Both the position numbers and the translations under genes were made by a program. The notes beneath the pieces are model-generated. The model saw only the letters and a program-made list of their open reading frames with translations. It was not told the origin of the DNA and did no database searches. DNA of 64,000 nt. Origin: an uncultured Kiritimatiellota bacterium. GTDB taxonomy: Bacteria > Verrucomicrobiota > Kiritimatiellia > RFP12 > UBA1067. Below are positions 9,216-17,392 of the stretch, one piece after another (the first letter of the stretch is position 1; every line of letters begins with the position of its first letter). Location: positions 5,350 to 69,349 of the forward strand of contig CAKULV010000009.1 in assembly GCA_934667425.1 (NCBI GenBank), given 5' to 3'.

Positions 9216-11854
9216 CTGCCCTTCCCGTCAAGCGCCGGTCCGCGCACAATCCTGCCGAACTGGTTCGCGTACAGCGATCCGAGGTTCAGCCTTGACTCGC
9301 GGACTTCGTTCGCCGCCGGCCAAAGCTTGCTTGCGCCTGCACCACGCGAGAACTGCACCCATCCCGGACGCCTCGCAACGGAATCGCCCCACGCGAACGC
9401 CGACAGGGTGAACTTCACCGTTATGCCGCTTCCGTCACGCACGACTGACGATCCCACGACTTCGTGGTCGGGAGATATCCGGTTGTACCAGTTGAACGGC
9501 ACGATCCTGCCATCGGCATTCACCACAACGCCCTTGTACCAGCTGACGCCCGCGACATCGATCGTGAACATGTTCACCGCCCCTCCTCCATGGCCGAAGC
9601 GGACCTCCACCGTCAAGTCTCCGTTATCCTCGTCCGAAAGCCTGAAGCGAAGGCCGTCCGCCATTGGCACCCAGTCGCCGATGCGGCACTTTGGCGCGCT
9701 CCTCTCGAACTCGGAATCCGGATAGGCCTTGCCTGACTTGATCTCGGCCATGATGCGGGATATCTGCGCATGCGTATCCTTAAGTTCGCCGAGACGCCAT
9801 TCGAGCTTGGCCGGGTGGTACTGGTGCGCCTCCGCCTCGGAGTGGAAGCCGAGGCGGGAATCCGCCCTCGCGAGGGGAAGGAGCTTTCTGGTGATGTCCT
9901 CCTCGGCGGACACAAGCGAATCCATGCGCAAAAGCGAGGCCAGGGCGGCGGCGGAATCGCCGCGTTCGCGGCTTTCGCATATCGCCTTGGCCCGTTCCAG
10001 ATAGAACCTGAATATGTTGTATCCGCTCATGAACTGGTATTCAAGGGCCTTCATCACGCTGATGTCACGGCTCCGTTCCTGGTCTCCGCTCCATCTTTCC
10101 GCAAGGGCGTCGAGCACGTCCCCGCCGTCAGAACCGGCGATGCGCACGCCTCGCGCCATCCGTCCCGCGAGGATTGCCGCCTCCTCTATCGTATGGTTCT
10201 CAAGGGCTTCGCCTATCGTATCTCCGCTGGGCGCATCCTGGGGCTTCCACGTGCGGCCGAGCGGCAGCAGCCTCACATCGGCGTAGAGCGGCCATGCCGG
10301 ACCGGCGTGGAAAGGCCCGTAGTACTGCATGTCGTTGGAGAGCGGATACTCCGCGTAGGCGTCGGAGAACCGTTTCCACACATCGGCCACCAGCCCGGAA
10401 TCCTTCCCCCAATACGGCGCGGCAAGCTTCCGCAGGAATGTGTCCTCGTCGTCCGTGAAGTCATCGAAGGACAACTCTCCCGCCGCCTTGTTCATGATGC
10501 CCGGATAGTTGCCGAAGTACCAGCACTGCAGGACTGTCGATACGCCCGCCTCCCTCATGGCCTTGTATTTCCTGTACAGGAGTCCAGGCACCGGAACGAA
10601 CGGCACGGTTGCCACCTCATGGGAATTGCCGACCTGAATCTTGGCGCCGATGTTGCTGCCCGCAAGTTTTCCGGCTTCGGCGACGGACTTGAATCCCTCT
10701 GCCGGCCCGACATACGACAGCCAGTAGTCGCCTCCGTTCCGGCAGCGTCCAACCTGCTCCTTGACGGCGCCGGACTCGAAGTTGTAGGCGAACGTCACGC
10801 CATCAGGCACGTGCCTTGCGCATTCAGCCACCCACGCCGCCCGTTCCTGCTGCACCTGCGGCTGGTAGAACCAGCTTATGTATTCGGCATTCGATCCGGC
10901 AGCGCGGATGCCGCGCATGATCGCGTCCGTGGTGTTGCGGTATATCTGCCAAGGCTCAAGCGATGCACAGCGCCTGCAGCACCTGGCGCCGCGTTCACCC
11001 GTAACGCAGTCTATCGCGGAAAGGCACGTCGTCGGGCGTTCGCCATGGGCGATCATCATGATGCCGCCAAGACGCGGCACACGCGAAAAGATGTCCTTGA
11101 CCGATTCTTCGATGTATTGCCGGGCCGCCTTGGTGGCGGTGCACAGGAGAGCCGCATTCGGAACCCACGAAACGGCGTCTCCAAACATTTCGGGATGGTT
11201 GACGTACAGCGGATCGGATTTGCTCACGTGCTTCGGCTCGATGCAGAATATCCATGTCTTTATCCCGTACTTGAGGCACCTGTCGACGGTCTTGCGCAGC
11301 TTCGCGAGGCGCCTATCCGCATCCGGGGACCGCCTGGTGAACGACGTCTCCGCAAGGTCGCGCCACTCGACCGTTATCCAGAGGCCGTTTATGCCCTCGT
11401 GCGCGAGCCGGTCGAGATAGGCCTCCGGATAATAGTCCACATCGTCCATCAGTTCGTCGTGGTTAAGCGGCGGACGCTTGATCGGGCCGAAGAAGCACCG
11501 CGAGATCCTGTTGCGCACCCACGGCTTGCGGACGCAGCTCTTGAGGTCTCCCGCCCTGACCCTATCCTGATAGTAGTACACGGCCCTGCGAAGCCCCTCG
11601 TCATCCTCCGTGGTGATGGTCACCTTGCCGTCCGCCGCCACATCTATCCTGTAGCTTTCGTATCCATCCACCTTCCCGCGCGCAAACGTCACGTCGTTTG
11701 TCGGCACTGGCTTAAGCCTTTCAGGCAGGGCAAGTTCCCTGCGGAACCCCCAGCTCTCTATCCCGGGATATGGAGGCGGATCGACGGCAAACGCACCCGT
11801 TGCCGCAAACACTGGCGCGACAAGGCACAACGGCACAAACAAAATATTTCTCAT
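9212..11854 (-). CDS. Secreted 880-aa hypothetical enzyme, TIM-barrel glycosidase-like, with a CBM9/DOMON-like C-terminal domain (low-confidence function)
   Basis: Signal peptide MRNILFVPLCLVAPVFAATGAFA. Long ORF of normal composition, starting 8 nt downstream of TGGTATAAT. Confidence 0.82.
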   Translation of the reverse strand: MRNILFVPLCLVAPVFAATGAFAVDPPPYPGIESWGFRRELALPERLKPVPTNDVTFARGKVDGYESYRIDVAADGKVTITTEDDEGLRRAVYYYQDRVRAGDLKSCVRKPWVRNRISRCFFGPIKRPPLNHDELMDDVDYYPEAYLDRLAHEGINGLWITVEWRDLAETSFTRRSPDADRRLAKLRKTVDRCLKYGIKTWIFCIEPKHVSKSDPLYVNHPEMFGDAVSWVPNAALLCTATKAARQYIEESVKDIFSRVPRLGGIMMIAHGERPTTCLSAIDCVTGERGARCCRRCASLEPWQIYRNTTDAIMRGIRAAGSNAEYISWFYQPQVQQERAAWVAECARHVPDGVTFAYNFESGAVKEQVGRCRNGGDYWLSYVGPAEGFKSVAEAGKLAGSNIGAKIQVGNSHEVATVPFVPVPGLLYRKYKAMREAGVSTVLQCWYFGNYPGIMNKAAGELSFDDFTDDEDTFLRKLAAPYWGKDSGLVADVWKRFSDAYAEYPLSNDMQYYGPFHAGPAWPLYADVRLLPLGRTWKPQDAPSGDTIGEALENHTIEEAAILAGRMARGVRIAGSDGGDVLDALAERWSGDQERSRDISVMKALEYQFMSGYNIFRFYLERAKAICESRERGDSAAALASLLRMDSLVSAEEDITRKLLPLARADSRLGFHSEAEAHQYHPAKLEWRLGELKDTHAQISRIMAEIKSGKAYPDSEFERSAPKCRIGDWVPMADGLRFRLSDEDNGDLTVEVRFGHGGGAVNMFTIDVAGVSWYKGVVVNADGRIVPFNWYNRISPDHEVVGSSVVRDGSGITVKFTLSAFAWGDSVARRPGWVQFSRGAGASKLWPAANEVRESRLNLGSLYANQFGRIVRGPALDGKGR

Positions 11855-11862
11855 GACGGTGG

Positions 11863-11871
11863 ATTATACCA
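11863..11871 (-). promoter_or_regulatory. Extended -10 promoter TGGTATAAT, 8 nt upstream of the ATG
   Basis: Minus strand reads TGGTATAAT-ccaccgtc-ATG (ATG at 11854). A 6-bp hairpin GCGCAT-acg-ATGCGC sits just upstream at 11885-11899. Confidence 0.6.
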
Positions 11872-11940
11872 AATGACGGCTACTGCGCATACGATGCGCT
11901 TTGCCAATTCCACTTGACGGTCCGGCACTCGCAGGCCGCC

Positions 11941-14601
11941 TCATCTCTTCACATTCTCTTCCACCTTGAAGTCGTAGAACCAGTTCCTGCCCTCGCAGCC
12001 GATGATGCCGGCATAGAATGTATCTGGGAAACGGGGATCTATGCAGGTAAGCGTATAGCCGCCGCACATGACGGTCATCTCGCGGTTGCCCTTGCCGTTG
12101 AGCACGAGCTTGACCTTGAGGTCATGGATCTCGTTCGCCTTGAAAAGGCAGTCCTTCGGCAGCGCGATCGACGCATCCTTGTACCATTTCTGCACCCCAT
12201 TCTCAAAATAGTGGTACCAGATGTTTATCCCCTCGTCGTAGAGGCACACCTCCCAATGGTCGCGAAGCTCCGGGGTGCCGGCCGCGCTCTTGCCGATGTC
12301 CGGCGCGATGACTATGATCGGGGCCATGCGGTAGTCCCAGGACATTTTGGACGAAACCGCGCAGCCAAGCCTGAAGCGCCGCTTGTGCATCATTGCCACG
12401 TATGAGCTGGAGTGCATCTTGCGGAATACATGTTCCGGTGCCGGTCCCGGCAACACATTTACGATTGCGTCATCCACCTGCTTGAACTCCTCCATGAAAT
12501 CCCAGCGCCAGCTCTTCACATACTGGAAGTCGTCCTTATTCCACTTCCCGCGAGCGAACGACACGTCCACCTTCTCGCGCGATCGAGGATTCACAAGCGC
12601 AATCGACAGTATTCCGGGATAGCCGCGTCCCTTCTTTCCGATCGTCACAGTCCTGGTGCCATCCTTTACGGATTCAACCATCGAACAGGATTGCGCCCCA
12701 TCCGGGTCAAGCTCCACCTCCACCTTCGCTCCGGGGACGTCGGCGAACCTCACGGTGATGGTGCCGTTGGGGAATATCCGGTTTCCGGCGTAGCGCACCA
12801 CGCGATCCTGCAGAGCCTTTGCGTACGCCCCGTGCATCGTGCGAATCGTGCGGTTGTCGTCATATATCCCGCCCGGTATCACGAAGTCCACCACATCGGC
12901 GCGAGCCTCGAGCCTGGCCCGCATGGAACGCTCGACCTGGTACTCGCGCAGGAGCTCGCGGCAGAAGAATCGGAGCCCCGTCATGTATACGTGATCGAGA
13001 TCGTCGCCGACCACGTTGAAATAGCCAGAGTCCTTGGGCAGCGCCGCCGGATCGGCCATCAGCGACTCTATCAGCCGCTCGGCGGCAAGGCTCTCGGCAA
13101 TCAGCCTATCCGGCATGCCCTTTTTCGCCATCATGTCTGAGAAATATGCGATGCAGCACTTCGTGTAGGCCTCAAGGGCCTTTGCGGCCTTCACGGCGTT
13201 GGCGAACGCCCGGTGCTGGCGGGCGTATTCCTCCCCCGGCATCGTCCCCTTCAAAGATTCAAGCTTGGCAAGTGCCGCCGTGGCCATCTTGACGCCCTTG
13301 GCCTTCTCCGCCAGTATCTGCGTATGCGACGGGGCCTTCGTCTCGCTGAGTATGCTCCAGATGTCCTTTGTAGCTTCAAGGGAGGCGTTTTCGCGATATA
13401 GCGAGAATATCCCGCCCGCCTTCACGAACTTGAAGTCCGCCTTGAGAGGAAACGAATGGAACACGAGGTTGGAGGCCACATAATGTATGTTGCGCACCAT
13501 TTCAAGCTCATCCTTCATGAGCGACGCCATCGTGTCCGCCGCCTTGCCGAAACGCCTGCCCGCGTATTCGGCGATCACGCCATCCGCAGTGGCGGCTGGA
13601 TCGGTGATGAACCGCATGTAGGCATAGAGGTTCACCTCATGCGCAGAATCGAAGATGCTGTTTCCGACCCGGTCTATGCGGATCGCATAGCGATCCACGT
13701 CCTCGGCCCTCGCCGAATCCACGTACTCCCTTATCCTCGCAACTTGCGCCGCCGGCAGATAGCCTGCGCCGAGATACTCGCCGAGTGCGTCGCACTCTGC
13801 GCCGAGCGTGAGCGGCGGATTCTTCTTCAGGAACGGATTCTTCGGAAGCCAGGGCACGAAATCCGCCTCGGTGATCTTTGTCTCAACCTCGAAACCATGC
13901 CGCTTCGCCGCCGCAGTCGCGCCGCCGATGATGTCGACATAGTCCTGTGAATTGGAGCCGAAGGACCGCAGTATGAACCGTTTGCCGCGTTTCTCATGCT
14001 CTTCGGCGAACAGTCCGACAAGCTCCTCGACGACCTTCTGCGGCGGGTAGCGCGTCGGATTGGAGTTGTGGATCACAGAATAGTCCGCTTCTGTGAGCGT
14101 GAGGACGATGCCGTCAAGCTCCGGGCAGATGCGGAACGTCTCTTCGAGCTTGTAGCGGAGCCATTCCTTATAATCCTTTCCGAGCAGGTCAAATTCGCCA
14201 TTCTCGTCCAGCAGTCCCGGCAGGTCGTCAAGAAGGCCGTCGGGGATGAATATCTCGCGATGCCAATAGTATAGCGGCTTGCCGATGGAATGCGCCATGC
14301 GGCATATGGCGTTCATGTCCTGCCGGTTCTTCTCCACGGCGGCGCGATCCACCTTCGCGGCCGCATGAGGATACCTTTCAAGGAACGACAGCCCGTTGAT
14401 CCCGCTGTACCCGCGATGGCAGTCCCCGCACACCTCGAAGGAATCCACGCCGCCGTACTCCACGGCCTTCGCGACGACACGCGCCATGTAGTTCGTGTCT
14501 ATGGCCGTGGGATGCATTATCGACCAGCTTATCTCCGGCCGTGCCGCCGCAAATGAGGCCGAAACAATGGATACAATCGCCGCAGCGATACATTTTCTCA
14601 T
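11941..14601 (-). CDS. Secreted 886-aa putative glycoside hydrolase (family not recognised) with a C-terminal jelly-roll/DUF1080-like domain
   Basis: Signal peptide MRKCIAAAIVSIVSASFAAA. ATGA overlap with the upstream MBL gene. The function is a guess from overall resemblance to TIM-barrel glycosidases. Confidence 0.8.
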   Translation of the reverse strand: MRKCIAAAIVSIVSASFAAARPEISWSIMHPTAIDTNYMARVVAKAVEYGGVDSFEVCGDCHRGYSGINGLSFLERYPHAAAKVDRAAVEKNRQDMNAICRMAHSIGKPLYYWHREIFIPDGLLDDLPGLLDENGEFDLLGKDYKEWLRYKLEETFRICPELDGIVLTLTEADYSVIHNSNPTRYPPQKVVEELVGLFAEEHEKRGKRFILRSFGSNSQDYVDIIGGATAAAKRHGFEVETKITEADFVPWLPKNPFLKKNPPLTLGAECDALGEYLGAGYLPAAQVARIREYVDSARAEDVDRYAIRIDRVGNSIFDSAHEVNLYAYMRFITDPAATADGVIAEYAGRRFGKAADTMASLMKDELEMVRNIHYVASNLVFHSFPLKADFKFVKAGGIFSLYRENASLEATKDIWSILSETKAPSHTQILAEKAKGVKMATAALAKLESLKGTMPGEEYARQHRAFANAVKAAKALEAYTKCCIAYFSDMMAKKGMPDRLIAESLAAERLIESLMADPAALPKDSGYFNVVGDDLDHVYMTGLRFFCRELLREYQVERSMRARLEARADVVDFVIPGGIYDDNRTIRTMHGAYAKALQDRVVRYAGNRIFPNGTITVRFADVPGAKVEVELDPDGAQSCSMVESVKDGTRTVTIGKKGRGYPGILSIALVNPRSREKVDVSFARGKWNKDDFQYVKSWRWDFMEEFKQVDDAIVNVLPGPAPEHVFRKMHSSSYVAMMHKRRFRLGCAVSSKMSWDYRMAPIIVIAPDIGKSAAGTPELRDHWEVCLYDEGINIWYHYFENGVQKWYKDASIALPKDCLFKANEIHDLKVKLVLNGKGNREMTVMCGGYTLTCIDPRFPDTFYAGIIGCEGRNWFYDFKVEENVKR

Positions 14602-15836
14602 GCGTTTGCTCCTGACTTGAATTGACGATGGTGGAGGACTGTCATGGATTCGTCCTCGTCCGTAAGCACGAACAGGTCGAAGGCGCTGCCGCCCGGCGCA
14701 ACCTTGAATACGCTGTGCCCCTGCACAGGCAGAAGGTCTTCCATGAACTTGCGACCCGCATAGTCTCTCTTCTTGACGTCCGGCAGGAACCCCGGCAGGA
14801 TCACCCGTTCGCCCGGATAGAGATCCCGTGAAGCCATGTTCACGAGATTGCGGTCAGTGACCTGGTTCGGGCTCCACACGCTTGTCATGTACGCCTGCGC
14901 GCGCACCGAACGGCAAAACTCCGCCCCCATGGAGCTTGGGCAGGAATGGTGGTTGGTCTTGCACACGTCCACAGGGCCGACAATCGGACCGAGCCTGTTC
15001 TCGTAATCGGGCAGGTCGATGTCGCCGCCGAAATACGCCCTGAACGGCCCGTATTCGACGCGGATGCCCATGGAAAGCGAATTCTCCGGTATCTTGCCGT
15101 CCGCATCGGGATGGTTCTTGAAATAGCGCGGCGCATAATCCACCTTGCGTGAACCATCCCAATAGACGCAGTTTGAAAACAGGTTGACTATGCGGAAATC
15201 GGCGTAGCGCTGCCGCCCGCCGCGAAGCATGGATATCTGGTTGACGGCACCGACGCTGAAGGCGTGAGGCCGCATGCCGCACCTTCTCCCCATGAACGGG
15301 ATCCACTCCCGCATCATGGCGAGAGAATCCTCGTCGGGGTTCATCCCATATACGCCAGCGCGAGGATACTGGTGGTCGAAGTAGTTGCGGATGGAGAAGT
15401 CCTCGGCCAGGCGCGTGATGCCGCACACGACCCGGCCATCAGGCGCCCTCTCGCTGCGCAGGCTCGGCTTTCCGCAGTGGTCGGCATGCCAGTGGCTCAG
15501 CAGGAAGTAGTCGATGGCGCGCTCCCTGACCAGCCTCTGCACATAGCGGCTCACCCACTCTCCGCCGAGCCTTCCGTCCGTTGGGCGGCGAGGTATGAGC
15601 GGCAGGTATTGCGGACGGTACATGTCGCCGCAGTCAAGCAGCATGGTCGTGCCGTCCGGCAGGATGAAGAACGTCTGCTCGCCTACACCCGTCTGGATGA
15701 AATGGATGTCAAGCTCGCCTGGCTGCCAGCCAGGATAGCGGCAGCCCTCTACGCCCGTCATGCGATCAGAGAGGCAACCGGTGAACATGCCGACACCGAC
15801 GGCTCCCATCCCCGAAATAAACTCACGGCGTTTCAT
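14598..15836 (-). CDS. Metallo-beta-lactamase-fold hydrolase with Tat signal and lipobox
   Basis: MKRREFISGMGAVGVGMFTGC carries a twin-Arg motif and a lipobox Cys. MBL motif LLSHWHADHCG. The ORF track starts at a GTG at 15863; I prefer the ATG at 15836, preceded by GGGGA. Confidence 0.85.
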   Translation of the reverse strand: MKRREFISGMGAVGVGMFTGCLSDRMTGVEGCRYPGWQPGELDIHFIQTGVGEQTFFILPDGTTMLLDCGDMYRPQYLPLIPRRPTDGRLGGEWVSRYVQRLVRERAIDYFLLSHWHADHCGKPSLRSERAPDGRVVCGITRLAEDFSIRNYFDHQYPRAGVYGMNPDEDSLAMMREWIPFMGRRCGMRPHAFSVGAVNQISMLRGGRQRYADFRIVNLFSNCVYWDGSRKVDYAPRYFKNHPDADGKIPENSLSMGIRVEYGPFRAYFGGDIDLPDYENRLGPIVGPVDVCKTNHHSCPSSMGAEFCRSVRAQAYMTSVWSPNQVTDRNLVNMASRDLYPGERVILPGFLPDVKKRDYAGRKFMEDLLPVQGHSVFKVAPGGSAFDLFVLTDEDESMTVLHHRQFKSGANA

Positions 15837-15859
15837 GGCGTCCCCAGAGGCCGTGCCGT

Positions 15860-17341
15860 TCACTCGATCCGCAATGTCCAGAGCTGGAGCTTCAGGCGCT
15901 CCGAGCAGTACCTGTCCTCGAACGTGTCGGCATGGATGACCCAGCCGCCCTTGATGTCAACCATTTCGAGAGACGGCACTTCCTCGAACGAGCCGAGCTG
16001 GTCTCGCGGTTCAACGCAAACGGCTCCGCTCCCCGTCTCGATGGCCTCAAGGGCCGCGAACAGGAAGTCGGCAGGACCGATCTTCCTCCCGCCAACCTCG
16101 ATCTCCGGAGGGAGGAAGTAGTCGGTGTTCAGCCTGGCGGCGGCAGCCTTCAGGTCTGACGCGAGGACAACGGTCTTTTCCTTGACGCCTTTCGGACGGT
16201 CAAGAAATCCCCACGACTTCCCGGGCTGAAACGCCTTGTCTCCGCGCAGGAAGCGCACCGATGCCTGGAAGCAGTCAGAGACAGACCATGACTTCGGCAA
16301 ATCGACCGCGCTGAACCGCTTTCCGAGCGCACGGCGAATGGCCGGGATGTCTGCCCGCGTAATCTCCACGCGAGGCTTCAGCGTCTTCTCGAAATCACGC
16401 AAATCAATTAACTCGAAGCGCGAATCTGCCTTGATGGTGCGGATGAACGAACGGAGTCGGTCGTAGAAAACCTTCGTGTCCTCCGCAGGGCGGTCAGGCG
16501 CCGGGATCCACTTGCCCCACTCCACAAGATTCTTGCGCTTGTAGTTTATTCCGTCCCAATGCTTCGTCTTGACCGCCATGTGCGGATGCATGTAGAACGA
16601 AATGAGATCGCGTCCGGCGCTGTCGTCGAGAATCTTCTTCACGTCCGGCGGCTTGCAGCCCTCACGGGGCAGGAAGCCCTCAAGGCCGAACATGCTGCTG
16701 TACGGAATCTGGTAGCAGTTGCAGTACCAGAGCCCCAACGCGACATTGTTCCTCCTTACGATTCCGCCCGCGCCGTAGGCTCCCTTGGAGGTAAGCGGGC
16801 GGTCGGTGAACCCGCCTCCGCAGACGAACTTCACGCCCAGGTCCGCATAGGCGTAGAACGAGACGTAGCTCCAGCTGTTCCCGGGGGGATCCTGGAAGAT
16901 CACCCTGTCGGTCGCGGTCGCCGCCCGAATCATTCCGATGGCCTCCGCCTCCTGCGCGAGCACGGCCCGATACGCCTCCCCGAAATCCTCCCTGTCCGAT
17001 AGTTCGCAGATCGCGGGATGCAGGCTGTGCCCGTACGTCTGCGTCCCGATCGCATGCCCCTTCAGGGAGTCGAGGACGTCCATGCGGCGCAGGCGCACGA
17101 GCTCCTCGCAGAGCAGCCCCACCATGTTGAAATGGCCAACGACCTTCTCCTCCGTGAGGATGTTCGCTATGTCGCGTATCGCATCGTTGGACCTGTCGCA
17201 GGTGAAGTCCTCCGTGTCGAAAAACAGCAGCACCTTCGTCTTCGCCTCTGCCGTGGCGAATGACAGCGCAAGGCCCATCGCCATCGCGCCCATCCATGCC
17301 GCACCCCTCACAATCTTCTTCACTTCATTCCTCTTTCTCAT
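15860..17341 (-). CDS. Secreted carbohydrate esterase/deacetylase-like protein (CE4-fold guess)
   Basis: 493-aa ORF with signal-like N-terminus AWMGAMAMGLALSFATAEA. FFDTEDF and GHSLHP segments are reminiscent of deacetylase metal motifs. Confidence 0.7.
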   Translation of the reverse strand: MRKRNEVKKIVRGAAWMGAMAMGLALSFATAEAKTKVLLFFDTEDFTCDRSNDAIRDIANILTEEKVVGHFNMVGLLCEELVRLRRMDVLDSLKGHAIGTQTYGHSLHPAICELSDREDFGEAYRAVLAQEAEAIGMIRAATATDRVIFQDPPGNSWSYVSFYAYADLGVKFVCGGGFTDRPLTSKGAYGAGGIVRRNNVALGLWYCNCYQIPYSSMFGLEGFLPREGCKPPDVKKILDDSAGRDLISFYMHPHMAVKTKHWDGINYKRKNLVEWGKWIPAPDRPAEDTKVFYDRLRSFIRTIKADSRFELIDLRDFEKTLKPRVEITRADIPAIRRALGKRFSAVDLPKSWSVSDCFQASVRFLRGDKAFQPGKSWGFLDRPKGVKEKTVVLASDLKAAAARLNTDYFLPPEIEVGGRKIGPADFLFAALEAIETGSGAVCVEPRDQLGSFEEVPSLEMVDIKGGWVIHADTFEDRYCSERLKLQLWTLRIE

Positions 17342-17360
17342 TTGCCCCCCTACAATATCC

Positions 17361-17392
17361 CTAAAACCTATAACCTATAACCTAAAACCTAC
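17361..17392. repeat. Heptamer tandem repeat (CTAWAAC x4; AGGTTWT on the opposite strand)
   Basis: Sequence ctaaaac ctataac ctataac ctaaaac ctac. It overlaps the last codons and the stop (17375-17377) of the CE12-GH28 gene. It shares a 21-nt identity (gtaggttttaggttataggtt) with 34465-34485 in the opposite orientation. Confidence 0.85.

Noticed and set aside
9770-11917. 715-aa plus-strand ORF, plus similar long antisense ORFs (41306..43021 +, 44411..45979 +, 45693..47474 +, 56029..58047 +, 51931..53475 +, 17462..18541 +, 49491..51008 -, 24002..25162 -)
   Set aside because: All are mirror images of better ORFs with recognisable domains or signal peptides. They are very rich in Arg, His and Pro, lack start-site context, and are the expected shadow ORFs of GC-rich coding DNA.
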